64,000 nucleotides of DNA. Source: a virus. The notes under the pieces are model-generated. The model did no database searches, was not told where the DNA came from, and saw only the letters and a list, made by a program, of their open reading frames with translations. The translations under genes and the position numbers were made by a program. The stretch is from the IMG/VR virus record IMGVR_UViG_3300022890_000019, positions 1 through 64,000 of that record; one strand, written 5' to 3'. Shown here one piece after another: positions 46,763 to 57,775 of this stretch. Numbering within the stretch: the stretch's first letter is position 1; each line of letters begins with the position of its first letter.

Positions 46763-48906
46763 TAGCTAAATAGATAAGACATAATTCCTGCCATCCTTTT
46801 ACTTCTTGCTGCCTCCTTAATAACATCAGCTTGCAGTTGTTTCTGTGTTAGCTCTCCATAGATACTAGATCCTCTGGAAGATGCTGCATTCATAGCTGCG
46901 TCATTACTATAGATAGCCTGTTCCTTCCTAGTCTCGAACTTATCGAGCATATCTCTGTTAGCCCTGAAGATATCAAGGTTAAACATATTCTCTTTAAGGT
47001 CAAGCTCTGAGTTCATCCTGTTGTTCTCTATAGAAGACTTTATGTTTGCTCCTCCCACTCCCTGTTGTACCTTACTGATAGCATCAGCCCTGTTAGCAAA
47101 CAGTCCTGGGATAAGATCTGGTTGTCCTAGCCTTCTTAACTGATTAGCACTTGATATAAAGCCTTTATCTATCTCATTGATATAAGTGGTAGGATCTTCA
47201 AAATAAGGTCTATTACGAGGTAGTTTGATAGGAGATACACCTATAGGAGCATTCTGATTCATATTCCTCTTACGTGCCATAAAAGCATTAAAGAACTGGA
47301 CACCTGTATTGACTCCTTCTATTCCTGCAGCTATCTTAGAATTCTTTTTATACCTTGCATAAAGATCATCTTCTGGATTAACAGACTCTGGTAGAGTTGG
47401 TTTTGAATCCCTACCCTTCTTAATAACAGAACTGGTAGGAGCTTTTGTAGTTCCTGTAAAAGATGGATCAAAAGTAAATTCTCCTGCTGTCTTAATAGCA
47501 GCCTTTTTTCTATCTTCCTTTAATTTTATATCAGGACTAACCGGTTTACCAATCCGTCTTTCGTCAAACATATTATCTTCATATGCACCAAAAACTTCTC
47601 TTCCTTCTTTTTTATTTGCAAAAGGCTGTCCTGTATGTATATCATCTAATTTATCAAATAACATATAATTTGCGATAGAACCCTGAGAGAATTGTTTCTT
47701 TCTTTTTTTACCATCAGGAAAGAAAGTACCATCTTCAGCATTACTACTCATTGTAGGCATAGTAGCTATAATATCTTCTATAGGCATACCTGAGTTAAGC
47801 ATAGACATCTGATCATCATTAAAGATAGCATCACCTTTGTTTAAGGCTACTTTGTACTCTCCACCTTCTGCTTCTATAGGTCTTCCTCCTACTGACATAT
47901 TAATACCACCACCCTCATGTGAAGGTCCATAGATAGGACTTACGCCTGTGACGTATAATCCATTGTTTGCACGTCTTCTATTTTTTATCATAATATCGTT
48001 GTTTTTTTCAGGGAAGTATCCACCCATTCTTAATTGTGGTTTAGACCATCGTATCCCTTTATATTCAGCATCCTGCTCTATAGACCGTTGCTTTCTCCAT
48101 TCTTGTTGATTAGGAGAGCTGTCACCTTCTAGCCTTGGAAGTATCATTGCCCAGCTTGCTGCTGTAGCTGCAGGACTGATAGCATTACCTAGAAGACCTC
48201 CTAGCCTATGCATCTGTGTACCACCTATAATCATCCTGTTATATATAGACTCATTACCAAACTCTCCTATCTTGTTATTGAGCTTCATAAGTTTATCAAT
48301 AACTCCTTGTCGTATCATCTTTCCTGCTCCTCTTCTTGGATTAGGAACATAGGCACCATCTTTAGCAAACTTAGTAAACATTCCTCCTCTTGAAGGTAGG
48401 ATGTATACTCCACTCCTAGCATTCATCCCATCATCCATAGTACCAGTATCAAAATCAAAAGTACCACTCTCATAAGGTTCTGGAATACTATTGTCAATAT
48501 CAGCATCATCATAAGGTGTACTTAAATCAATATCACCTACACCTATACCTGCATCAGCACCTTCAGGTCTATATCCAGCATCCCAACTACTCTTACCTGG
48601 TGCTGATTCAGGACCATTACCTGTAGGCTTTATTTTATTCATCAGACTACCTGCAACAGAATTACCACCTGTCCATGCAGCAGTCATATCCAACATTCTC
48701 TGAGCATATTTGCCCATCCTCTCACCAGACTTATAGGTATTAGATTCTGATCCTGCAGAGGAACCTGAGAAGTTTCCTGCAGTACCGAAGTCCCCCCAAC
48801 TATTTTTCTGGTTGTCAAATATCTCAGTCTGTCCTCTACTCATAAAATTTGCTGATACTAAGGAACCAATTCCTTTTGCTGCACCGCCTATTATTGAACC
48901 AACCAT
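46762..48906 (-). CDS. crAss-type virion cargo protein (C1-like)
   Basis: GPSHEGGGI...EAEGGE motif; Gly/Ala-rich segments; directly after the muzzle gene. Confidence 0.65.
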   Translation of the reverse strand: MVGSIIGGAAKGIGSLVSANFMSRGQTEIFDNQKNSWGDFGTAGNFSGSSAGSESNTYKSGERMGKYAQRMLDMTAAWTGGNSVAGSLMNKIKPTGNGPESAPGKSSWDAGYRPEGADAGIGVGDIDLSTPYDDADIDNSIPEPYESGTFDFDTGTMDDGMNARSGVYILPSRGGMFTKFAKDGAYVPNPRRGAGKMIRQGVIDKLMKLNNKIGEFGNESIYNRMIIGGTQMHRLGGLLGNAISPAATAASWAMILPRLEGDSSPNQQEWRKQRSIEQDAEYKGIRWSKPQLRMGGYFPEKNNDIMIKNRRRANNGLYVTGVSPIYGPSHEGGGINMSVGGRPIEAEGGEYKVALNKGDAIFNDDQMSMLNSGMPIEDIIATMPTMSSNAEDGTFFPDGKKRKKQFSQGSIANYMLFDKLDDIHTGQPFANKKEGREVFGAYEDNMFDERRIGKPVSPDIKLKEDRKKAAIKTAGEFTFDPSFTGTTKAPTSSVIKKGRDSKPTLPESVNPEDDLYARYKKNSKIAAGIEGVNTGVQFFNAFMARKRNMNQNAPIGVSPIKLPRNRPYFEDPTTYINEIDKGFISSANQLRRLGQPDLIPGLFANRADAISKVQQGVGGANIKSSIENNRMNSELDLKENMFNLDIFRANRDMLDKFETRKEQAIYSNDAAMNAASSRGSSIYGELTQKQLQADVIKEAARSKRMAGIMSYLFS

Positions 48907-48910
48907 AATG

Positions 48911-51900
48911 TTAAGATTTAGAGATTATAAAATTACTTATTACTTTCTTTATATAGATAGCCTGTGCGTCAGTAGTTGGATTGTACACTATAGTAACCTT
49001 CATCCAATGTCCTCTCATATCACTGCCACAATCATAGTCTTTGTCTTTAGAACGAGTCTCCACCACTACCGGTATCCTCCACTCGTTTTCTGTATACTCA
49101 GAGTGCTTCCAGAAACTAGCAGTGTCATTGTCACTCGTAAGGAAGACATATGATCCAAACTGTGATTCTGTCTCATAGGCAATACTATATAGGTCTTCTT
49201 TGCTCATCTCTATCTTTAGAGCCTGGAATATCTTTTCAAAGTCATATAGTGATTTATCCCCTTGCCTACCGTTAACAATGAACGAAAGCTTCAAAGGGTA
49301 CTTAGTGTCATAGAACTTGAGAAAGTTGTTAGAATCATGCTTAAACACTTCAGATGGGTTATTCTGCTCTAGTGTATAAAGATCATCTCTTATTCCAAGA
49401 TAAGCATAAGGAGTGAAAGACGCTTCACCTACAAAGGCATTGATAAGCTCATTATAGATAAGAGTGTTGTTATAACCTGCTAACTGAGGAGGATTAGGGA
49501 TACCATCACTATCAGTACTTGGAGTATCCTTTAAGCTATCAAATAAGAAGGTAAAGTATACCTCATCATATTTCTTATTATATCCTAAGACAATGCCAGT
49601 ACCATTAACAGGATCATCAGTTAGCTTACTCTTGATATCATTAAAAGAAGTTATCTGTGTCTTGTAGTCATTAAACCATTTAGCTAGAAGCTTGTTCTCT
49701 AGCAGGTCATTAGCAGATAGCATCCTTCTACCTGTCTGTGTAGATTTAGCAGCTATGATCCATACCACACTGTTAAGCCAGTCTACACCATAGATACCTT
49801 TAGGAGTCTTTATAATACCACTCATATGTTGAGAGCCAAACTCTGCTAGCTTCTTAAAGTAGGTAGGCAATAGCTCTACTGAGTCTGCAAGGAGTATCTC
49901 TCCTGAAGTAGTATCTGACTGTGTAACTCTTTCTTTGATAGGATGCTGGTTGATAGCATACTCTTGTATAGAAATAACATCATCAGAGAACTCTAAGAGC
50001 TTAATGATAGCTCCATACTCACTGTTCACATCTATCTTGTTGGAGAGAGCTATGCTTCTAAAAGAGTCAATGATGCTACCAGGAATATTTTTCGAAGAGT
50101 GATATATCCTTCCCGGCCTCTGGTTGTCATCTACCTCTGGAAGGTTAGAGTCATAACCCAGAAAATATTTACTTGGTAAGACATTATTGTATCCATCATT
50201 CACCTGAGTAGCTTCTACCAAAGCTGCAGGGATATCTCTTAACACTATCCAGCTCTGTAAGTTTTCATAAAAGTCTAAACACTTAGGAAAATAAGTATAT
50301 GTTATCTCATCATCACTAGGATCATAAGCTTTAACTTCATTACGCATATCTACATTTAAGAAATTCTCTGTAAATAGTCCTAAGCCCATACCATACTGAT
50401 ACCATATACCATTACCAGCTACAAACTCCCATCCATCACCACCCATGCCACTAATAGGATTTGTATTAGAAGCTGCATAGTCATAACCATTAAATCTATG
50501 TGATCTTATATATAATTTTGTAGGGAAGCAATCTCCTTTAAATATATTTATCGAAGTGTCATTGGTGATAGGTATAAAGTTACTTACAGGTTGGTAGATT
50601 TCTACAGTTGGATCAAAAGAGCTAACAACATCTAAAAAATAAGTATCATCAGGATTGTTAGCATAAAGGTTAACGACAAAGCCTGTAGATGGTAGAATAA
50701 GAGTCTGCTTTTCTACATTATCAAAATCTATAGCAGTAGTTATTCCTATATAAGATCCTGTAGCTAAACTTCTATTATAATAATAAGATGCCCCTGGTGA
50801 GGCTGCATATGTACTCCTCCCAGGAAGAGAAGAGGTAAAACGAGAAGGACCTTGCTCGGTACCTTTTTCTACAAAAACAGTATCTACATCCCATATTTCT
50901 TTATCAAAATGAATAGGATTAGTACTTAGTCTCTTTGGATCAAGACCCTCACCACAATTAACTTCCACTCCTATAGTAGCAGGCTGTATTTGTAAATTAC
51001 CAAGGACATACTCATTAATCCTTGGATTAAATGCTAATTTCAAATATGTATTAGTAGGAATACTCTTTATCTTTCCCATAGTCACATCTGGACAGAATAG
51101 CCCATATTTTTTAGGAGTCTTTATCGTTTTAAAATCACTTATTTTAGAAAGACTCTCTGTTCTTGATGCATAATATTTATAATTTGTACCATCAGGTGTA
51201 ACGGCACAGGGTAGATATCCCTTATATAATGGAATATTAAGATTCTGATCAGCATTATATGTCTTGTTCATACCAAATCCAGTAGCAGGATAAACAATGC
51301 CTCCAGGACTGTCAGCTTGTAATCCTTGATAGCATGGTAACAACATTCCCTGACAGATAAGATTCTTTATCCTCTCACCTCTTACTATCCTAAAGCCTGT
51401 AACTCCTTCGAAATCCTTTTCATTAAGATTATAGTATCCATTAGCAGAAGTAACGTCAAAGCGCACTCCTATAGATCTATTGATAGTATCTGACAATAAC
51501 CAGTCTCTTATCTGTACTAGTCCTACATCATTAGCTAAACCATTTACTCTTCCTAATACAGGATATGCTTCTGACTCGGTACCATCAGCAAATTGGTATA
51601 TTATAGCATAGGGATATATTTCACCTTTGGCCAGACCTACGAAATCTATTGTATTCTTAGGATTCTTAAAAGCACTTACCTGTGAATAGCCTTGTTGATG
51701 ACCCCAGAAGCTATCACCTCCTATATATGGACCAGAATCTACGAAATAATATGTGAGTTCCTGAGCATATTGTGCTAGCTTTTCTTTATCGTAACCATAG
51801 GAAGTCTTCTTCCAGTTACCACCATAATAGGTATTGTTTGCCTCCGTATGAGACTTGTTGATGTTATAAGGTATCCTAGGTGTGATAAGCTCAGCATAAG

Positions 51901-52882
51901 CGAGTACACTCTGTGCTTCTGTACCAAGGATAGTAATGTTTTTAGATTCTCCTGTAATAGGGAAAGACTTGTTGATAAGATACACGTCTCTTATAGCTGC
52001 AGCATTTTCTGTAGTAGCAGTATAGTGAAGTACTCCTATCTGGAAGTAAGCATAGGACTGATCCAGGTTTCTTACAGTAAAAGATATCTTCTTGTTAGTC
52101 TTGTTGACTACGTTGTTAAGCCAGTCTTTATATTGTGCTCCTGTAATGTCTGGTGCCTCAGTACCGTCAAAGACACTTATAACTCCATACTCTGAGACAA
52201 AGTGAGTACTGTTATAGTCTGCAGTAAGATACCTATAAAATAGAAAGTAATTACCAGGAGGCATCTCTCCACCATTGATGACAGAGAGACTATCACAATA
52301 GGGAATCTTTTTAGTAGAAGCGATAAGGTTTAAAGCACCGTCAAAGCTCTCTTCCGTATAATACCTTCCTACAGATTCACCAGTCTGCTTGAAGTTACTA
52401 TTTACCACCCTGATAGGATTGTGGAAGTCTGTAATATAGACATTAGCAGTATTGTCATAAGAGATACGTACAAAGACATCTGCATAATGCTGAGTAGACA
52501 TATTAAAAAGAGTAGACCTCAGCGAACCTACCTTCACATCATTACCAAAGTTATGAAAAGCCTTATATTCTCTTACAAAAGAAGTATTGGTAGCTAACCA
52601 TTGTTCAGGAGAAGGATAAGAACCTATCTCCCCATGTCCCGTATCATCATTACAAGAGACGATGTAGATTATACCATTATACTCAGAAGCACCGATCACC
52701 ATAAAGCCATCACTGACCTGGAAGTGCTTCTCATTACCTTTCATACCTGTGACAACTAAGCCCTGTCCTTCCTTGTTGATAACACGGATATTCAGTGTAG
52801 GGAAATCCCATGAATCAGGAGACCTTAGCATATAGTCAAGGTCAGTAGTTATACCTTTAGTAAATACGTTTTTATGATCCAT
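48911..52882 (-). CDS. Tail stabilisation / muzzle protein (P22 gp10-like, crAss-type)
   Basis: 1323 aa; N-terminal NVFTKGITTD...LNIR, TDFHNPIRVVN; C-terminal MRGHWMKV...ISNFIIS; synteny. Confidence 0.8.
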   Translation of the reverse strand: MDHKNVFTKGITTDLDYMLRSPDSWDFPTLNIRVINKEGQGLVVTGMKGNEKHFQVSDGFMVIGASEYNGIIYIVSCNDDTGHGEIGSYPSPEQWLATNTSFVREYKAFHNFGNDVKVGSLRSTLFNMSTQHYADVFVRISYDNTANVYITDFHNPIRVVNSNFKQTGESVGRYYTEESFDGALNLIASTKKIPYCDSLSVINGGEMPPGNYFLFYRYLTADYNSTHFVSEYGVISVFDGTEAPDITGAQYKDWLNNVVNKTNKKISFTVRNLDQSYAYFQIGVLHYTATTENAAAIRDVYLINKSFPITGESKNITILGTEAQSVLAYAELITPRIPYNINKSHTEANNTYYGGNWKKTSYGYDKEKLAQYAQELTYYFVDSGPYIGGDSFWGHQQGYSQVSAFKNPKNTIDFVGLAKGEIYPYAIIYQFADGTESEAYPVLGRVNGLANDVGLVQIRDWLLSDTINRSIGVRFDVTSANGYYNLNEKDFEGVTGFRIVRGERIKNLICQGMLLPCYQGLQADSPGGIVYPATGFGMNKTYNADQNLNIPLYKGYLPCAVTPDGTNYKYYASRTESLSKISDFKTIKTPKKYGLFCPDVTMGKIKSIPTNTYLKLAFNPRINEYVLGNLQIQPATIGVEVNCGEGLDPKRLSTNPIHFDKEIWDVDTVFVEKGTEQGPSRFTSSLPGRSTYAASPGASYYYNRSLATGSYIGITTAIDFDNVEKQTLILPSTGFVVNLYANNPDDTYFLDVVSSFDPTVEIYQPVSNFIPITNDTSINIFKGDCFPTKLYIRSHRFNGYDYAASNTNPISGMGGDGWEFVAGNGIWYQYGMGLGLFTENFLNVDMRNEVKAYDPSDDEITYTYFPKCLDFYENLQSWIVLRDIPAALVEATQVNDGYNNVLPSKYFLGYDSNLPEVDDNQRPGRIYHSSKNIPGSIIDSFRSIALSNKIDVNSEYGAIIKLLEFSDDVISIQEYAINQHPIKERVTQSDTTSGEILLADSVELLPTYFKKLAEFGSQHMSGIIKTPKGIYGVDWLNSVVWIIAAKSTQTGRRMLSANDLLENKLLAKWFNDYKTQITSFNDIKSKLTDDPVNGTGIVLGYNKKYDEVYFTFLFDSLKDTPSTDSDGIPNPPQLAGYNNTLIYNELINAFVGEASFTPYAYLGIRDDLYTLEQNNPSEVFKHDSNNFLKFYDTKYPLKLSFIVNGRQGDKSLYDFEKIFQALKIEMSKEDLYSIAYETESQFGSYVFLTSDNDTASFWKHSEYTENEWRIPVVVETRSKDKDYDCGSDMRGHWMKVTIVYNPTTDAQAIYIKKVISNFIISKS

Positions 52883-53519
52883 CTCTCATCATTTTCTGTT
52901 GGATAGGCAAGTTGTGAATCTTCACTATCATATTGTATCTTATAATATTCAAATCATCAACCTCCTTACGAGTCTTGTGTCTGAAGTTGTTCTTAGCAGC
53001 AGAGATCTGTCCAGGTAACATCATAAGCCATCTCTCATACATGCTCTCCTTGAACTTACCCATGCCTACAGCTTCTTCCAGTATCTTAATCTTACAGTAT
53101 GTCTCACAAGCTTCTTGGTGCCAGGTGACTATCTGAGGAATACCGTCATTGTCTACATGGATACCTTTGTAGTTAAGGTATATGATATCTCCATCGTCAG
53201 GAGCATTACCATACTTGTCTTGTAAGTTATAAAGGTAAGAGCCATTGTTAGCTGCAGTAAGAGGATTTTCATTAGCTTCATAGATATCCAGGATACGAAA
53301 TACATTGCATGGAACTTTCACCAGGCCATTGATCTTCTCTATGCCTATACCCTGAAAGGGCTGCATAAGAGTAATATCTTTTATATGGTCTACTTCCAGG
53401 GTAGCACATAACCCTATAACAACATCCTCATCAAATTCTATGCTTTTATAGAGTTCACTTAGCGTACTCCATACCACAGAAGGACTCATAAATATTGTGT
53501 TATTTGCCATAGCGTACAT
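52872..53519 (-). CDS. Tail tubular / ring protein (P22 gp4-like)
   Basis: VKVPCNVFRI...LNYKGI.VD.DG.P...EACETYC; directly upstream of the muzzle gene. Confidence 0.7.
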   Translation of the reverse strand: MYAMANNTIFMSPSVVWSTLSELYKSIEFDEDVVIGLCATLEVDHIKDITLMQPFQGIGIEKINGLVKVPCNVFRILDIYEANENPLTAANNGSYLYNLQDKYGNAPDDGDIIYLNYKGIHVDNDGIPQIVTWHQEACETYCKIKILEEAVGMGKFKESMYERWLMMLPGQISAAKNNFRHKTRKEVDDLNIIRYNMIVKIHNLPIQQKMMRDGS

Positions 53520-54075
53520 TCATTTTAATTTGTATATCATCAATGTTCTCGTAGTAGTGACCACCTTTTATCTCTTTGTCAAGTCTTTTCTTCCACTTTA
53601 TGTTAAACATAACTTTTTGCCATTGCTGTAAATAATATATGCTTATCCCTTTATGGTAAAAGTGAAGCGATGTCCTCTTCTTGAATCCCTTGAGCTTTGT
53701 ACTCCTAGTCATGCTATCCTCTGCCACTACAATATATCCTATCCCGTTAGGAAGATGAAAGATAGCATTGTTATAAACTAAGTCATAGCATATCTTATCA
53801 GTCAAGTCATCTATCAAGAGCTTTATGACCATCTTCTCAAACTTTATGTAGGGATACTTTCTCTCTACACCTAATGTATCAAAGAACTTTCTTATTAACT
53901 TTCCTGGCTTATGCTGTAACCTTAAATATTTATACTCAAAAGTCTTATCATATACCAGCTCCATGTAGTCTACATCTTTAAGAGTCTTTCGCTCTCCATC
54001 TCTATTTATTATCCTATGAGCTCTCACATGGGTCTTCTTCTTCGTCTGTCTCGACTTGACCGTATCTTTTTCCAT
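53500..54075 (-). CDS. Basic HU/IHF-like protein
   Basis: ICYDLVYNNAIFHLPNGIGYIVV; position matches the IHF-like genes of crAss-like phages. Confidence 0.5.
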   Translation of the reverse strand: MEKDTVKSRQTKKKTHVRAHRIINRDGERKTLKDVDYMELVYDKTFEYKYLRLQHKPGKLIRKFFDTLGVERKYPYIKFEKMVIKLLIDDLTDKICYDLVYNNAIFHLPNGIGYIVVAEDSMTRSTKLKGFKKRTSLHFYHKGISIYYLQQWQKVMFNIKWKKRLDKEIKGGHYYENIDDIQIKMNVRYGK

Positions 54076-54523
54076 TGTTCTTTCCTGCCTGTTCTATCAT
54101 CTTCTCACCATACTCATAACCGTCATGGGACTCCTCGGTAGTCTTTTCAAGGTCTACACCTATCGTATCCAGGACTGCCTGACGGTAATCTTTAGGCTGA
54201 TCTGATTTGAATTCATGAAACTTAAACTTGTCTTGCATCCATTCAGGCTTTATCGTACCCTCTATGGCTATTTTACCTTCAGGTATATAAAAGGACTCTG
54301 TACCGATTAAAATACGGTAGTAAGTCACATAGGCATACTCTGTGTCCTCTGAGCATCCATCACAGGAGCCCTGACGAGTAGACTTGTCTTCAAACTGATA
54401 TTGCCTCTTGATAAGAAAATATTTCTCAGTACCAACATCACCGGTAATCAAAATAGTCTCCATCATTGTAAGAATGGTTAAAGGATCTACTATATCCCCA
54501 TTGCAATCAGTAATTTGTTCCAT
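54014..54523 (-). CDS. Hypothetical protein
   Basis: 169 aa, CDGC motif. Confidence 0.55.
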   Translation of the reverse strand: MEQITDCNGDIVDPLTILTMMETILITGDVGTEKYFLIKRQYQFEDKSTRQGSCDGCSEDTEYAYVTYYRILIGTESFYIPEGKIAIEGTIKPEWMQDKFKFHEFKSDQPKDYRQAVLDTIGVDLEKTTEESHDGYEYGEKMIEQAGKNNGKRYGQVETDEEEDPCESS

Positions 54524-54677
54524 GGCAGCTTATTCTTATTAAGAACCTCTTTCTAAAAATACGTATGTAATAAACATTGTATCCATCAGCAGGACACCTC
54601 TTTATCTTAGCTATATCATAACATCTATATAATAGGCTAGATATCTTTGCTCTTATCTCTTTAATCTTATTGTTCAT
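54507..54677 (-). CDS. Small basic protein
   Basis: Likely start MNNKIKEIR at 54677. Confidence 0.4.
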   Translation of the reverse strand: MNNKIKEIRAKISSLLYRCYDIAKIKRCPADGYNVYYIRIFRKRFLIRISCHGTNY

Positions 54678-55377
54678 CGGTTGTTGTCTGTTGTTTAGAT
54701 TGTTGTACTGGTGAACCCTGTATCTCTGTATCATCATTATAGGTGTCTTCAGTAATCCCCCAGGTACTCAGCAGGTCTTTCTTTACCAATATGAGTAACT
54801 TGTTTACCGAAGGAGTAGGGTAAGAGTCTGTAGACTTATAGTTACAGGCCTGTATTGGTATCTTGTATAACAATACCCCTGTAGCCATTACAAACCCTTC
54901 TGTAGGTAAGTCCTTTAATATAGCTTTACTGCCTATAACGGTATAGATAGGACCAGGTTTAACCCATCGCTTGTACTTACTAGCATTAAAACCTTTAATA
55001 GTCTTTCTGGTAAAGGATAACTCGAAGTTCTCTGTACCTAAGAAGGAGATATCTTTCCATCCTACATTTGGAATCAAAGCAGGAAGGTCTATAGTATACA
55101 TCACTGCATCTGAAGTAAAAGATATGTTATCTACAGTACAAGAGTTCTTCTGACACTCTACCTCCAAGCAAGCAGACATCTTATAATACTGATCTGAAAT
55201 CCTACCACCTCTGTTGTTATATTCTTCCCGGATAAGAGTAGCATTCATATCGTGGATCTTATCAGCGACATACTCTCTCTTACCTATTAAAAAACTATCA
55301 TCGGTAGTCTGTTTAAGATCTAGCATTAAAGTATCTAAAATAGAATCGAATGATCTCTGTTCCCCTGTTATAGCCAT
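54667..55377 (-). CDS. Neck/tail ring protein
   Basis: Start MAITG at 55377, downstream of the terminator; CLEVEC and SYPTP motifs; synteny. Confidence 0.6.
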   Translation of the reverse strand: MAITGEQRSFDSILDTLMLDLKQTTDDSFLIGKREYVADKIHDMNATLIREEYNNRGGRISDQYYKMSACLEVECQKNSCTVDNISFTSDAVMYTIDLPALIPNVGWKDISFLGTENFELSFTRKTIKGFNASKYKRWVKPGPIYTVIGSKAILKDLPTEGFVMATGVLLYKIPIQACNYKSTDSYPTPSVNKLLILVKKDLLSTWGITEDTYNDDTEIQGSPVQQSKQQTTTDEQ

Positions 55378-55389
55378 TTTGTTATAGAT

Positions 55390-55425
55390 TAAAAAAAGGA
55401 CAGAAGGCAAATCCCCTCTGCCCTT
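55390..55425 (-). terminator. Intrinsic terminator after the capsid-associated gene
   Basis: Minus strand AGGGCAGAGG-loop-CTTCTGTCCT followed by a T-run. Confidence 0.8.
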
Positions 55426-55453
55426 ATTAGGTTATATCAATTTAATGAATAGA

Positions 55454-56998
55454 TTACCAGTTTTCAACAGCAGTTCCTACAAGGATCTCAAGGAGATCCT
55501 CGAAGCTACTATCCACTGCCCATACAGCAGGATCATCAGTAGACTCTTGCATATAAGAATACCTGGCACCAGTAGCAGCAGAGTTAGTCTTATCCCATAG
55601 ATCATCATCTACCAAAGACTTACGTACAGCAATAACATACTCGGTAGTATATTTAGTGTCGTAGTTAGCTCCATGGAGACCACTGATATCATTATCACCA
55701 ACGGCAATAGTGTATACACAATAATCTATACCTTGCAAAGGCTGATCCAGATATATTCCTCTGGCAAGACTACCCTGATCTTTCTTATTCCAGAACATAC
55801 GGAATATGTCATCAGAAGTTAAAGAAGGATACCTTCCCCATGGAGAAGTCTCTACTCCAAGAGTACACGTAGATGCAGCACTTAGAGTCAGGTTAAAGTC
55901 CGTGACAAGGTCAGTATTAGTATATACATATACTGTCTCTCCTGCAGCACCTTTAATACCTGCATATCCTACCGCACCGGCAGTAAGATCCGCTATCAAC
56001 TCGATAGACAATGCAGCTACATTAGTAGCAACAGTAGCAGCAGCGCCCATGGCAACACCGTCAACATAAGCTCTGGCTCCGGAAGTAGTAATAGTAGTTC
56101 CTATGATAGGAGTAATCCATACACCTCTTGTAGTACCACCCATATCATCACCATAGATAAGGTCGAACTGTACGTTAAGGTCTTTTGAAGTAAATAACAT
56201 CTTACGAACAAAAGTACAAGTAGAGGCACCAGCACCATCAGCAAGAGTATACTTATATCCTGCAGGACCAGTCACTAACATCACTGTAGAACTTACGGCT
56301 ATAGCTGCAAGATCATAAGAGTTGTCATCGTTAAAGTCATTTACAGCAGTGATAATAGTAGCACCTCCATCAAGGTCAATAGTTTCAGTAAGTCCTGCAG
56401 GAGTCGTGATAAGTATTTTATCAGTGTTAGCATTAGTAGTAGTCACATAATATCCTCTGAATACATTAACGATAGCACCTGACATCTTAGTAAGAGCATC
56501 GGTATTCTGATTGTGAAGACCTATGTCATTATGAATCTGATCCATAAGATCGTTCTCCATAGCCAGGATGTAAGCAGCGTCAATAGTTGTACTAGTAGCC
56601 TCAACGACTTTAAGTACTCCTACATATGACTTCTGCTGAAGATTGTTCTTACTATTACCTACACCAGGAAGCTTAACCTTTTCCCTGAAGGTAAGACCAT
56701 ATTCCCAGTCACATGACGTACATGGAGCAGGAGGAGCAAATAACACTTCCAGAGAAGCATACTTGCCATCATCGGTACAGCTTTTAGATACCTTAATGTT
56801 TGAAGCTAGTGTTCCTACACTAGCAGGAATGACAGGACTATCTGCTGTTCCTGTAACCACACCACCTCTGATATCAATACCAAGCTTTTTAAAGATTCCC
56901 ATCTTGTAACCGGATATGTAATCATTATAAATTCCAAAGTCTGTTGCATCTAATGTATTCAGCAAAATCATCTTTGGAGGTTGTCTTTTAGTTCTCAT
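55454..56998 (-). CDS. Abundant structural protein (auxiliary capsid protein-like)
   Basis: 514 aa, Thr/Ala/Gly-rich, followed by a terminator; crAss synteny. Confidence 0.6.
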   Translation of the reverse strand: MRTKRQPPKMILLNTLDATDFGIYNDYISGYKMGIFKKLGIDIRGGVVTGTADSPVIPASVGTLASNIKVSKSCTDDGKYASLEVLFAPPAPCTSCDWEYGLTFREKVKLPGVGNSKNNLQQKSYVGVLKVVEATSTTIDAAYILAMENDLMDQIHNDIGLHNQNTDALTKMSGAIVNVFRGYYVTTTNANTDKILITTPAGLTETIDLDGGATIITAVNDFNDDNSYDLAAIAVSSTVMLVTGPAGYKYTLADGAGASTCTFVRKMLFTSKDLNVQFDLIYGDDMGGTTRGVWITPIIGTTITTSGARAYVDGVAMGAAATVATNVAALSIELIADLTAGAVGYAGIKGAAGETVYVYTNTDLVTDFNLTLSAASTCTLGVETSPWGRYPSLTSDDIFRMFWNKKDQGSLARGIYLDQPLQGIDYCVYTIAVGDNDISGLHGANYDTKYTTEYVIAVRKSLVDDDLWDKTNSAATGARYSYMQESTDDPAVWAVDSSFEDLLEILVGTAVENW

Positions 56999-57019
56999 CT
57001 TGTTTAGAATTAAAAATAT

Positions 57020-57775
57020 TTATATTCTGTCTAGCTGTCTTCCTTGTTCCAGACCAATAGCGGTCCTGAATCTTGGATCTTGAATCCTATCAAGGTATAT
57101 CATTACAGCTTTGTCTATAATCTCGGATATTTGATAATCTGGTAGATCAATAGTATATACGAACCCTGACGAATAAGACATCTCGTTAGGATACTTGTAA
57201 TAGTCTAGCATAATCCTTGTAGCATCAGAACCTACATCAGGGTCAGTAATCATCAATATCTGATCGTTAAAGATCTGACGGTATAGTTTACTGTCCCTGG
57301 GTTTAAGGTAATAGGAGTCACGTATCACAGATTCAGCATCAGATAGCATCCTGAAGGACTTTAACCATCCGCTGGTACCTGTAAGACTACACTCCTGTGC
57401 TGAGGAGGTGCTATAATCAATTTCAAACATCATATTTAAAGCTCGTTGGTATTTAGGGAGAATATCATCATAGGTAAGGAGTGTCTCGTTAATATCAGTC
57501 ACCATCCTTCCTTTTATAGAAACCCCATCGGGAATATAGAATAGATTATCTCCTACATTCTTCATTACCACTTTACGTCTCAAACGCTGCATATCATCCA
57601 TCTGCTTAGTAGTAAGCTGTACACCCTCTTTCATAGACTCATTAGACAGTATCCAGTCTCTCATGGCATACATGTTCCATAGTCTACAAAACACTTCAGG
57701 GATAACAGTACTCGTAGATGTCTTCTTTATACCATCTAAGAACCCTTTAAATATATCGTCAGCCGTAGTATACAT
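57020..57775 (-). CDS. Ring / head-tail connector protein
   Basis: LDYYKYP...IDLPDY...EIIDKAV motif; synteny. Confidence 0.65.
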   Translation of the reverse strand: MYTTADDIFKGFLDGIKKTSTSTVIPEVFCRLWNMYAMRDWILSNESMKEGVQLTTKQMDDMQRLRRKVVMKNVGDNLFYIPDGVSIKGRMVTDINETLLTYDDILPKYQRALNMMFEIDYSTSSAQECSLTGTSGWLKSFRMLSDAESVIRDSYYLKPRDSKLYRQIFNDQILMITDPDVGSDATRIMLDYYKYPNEMSYSSGFVYTIDLPDYQISEIIDKAVMIYLDRIQDPRFRTAIGLEQGRQLDRI

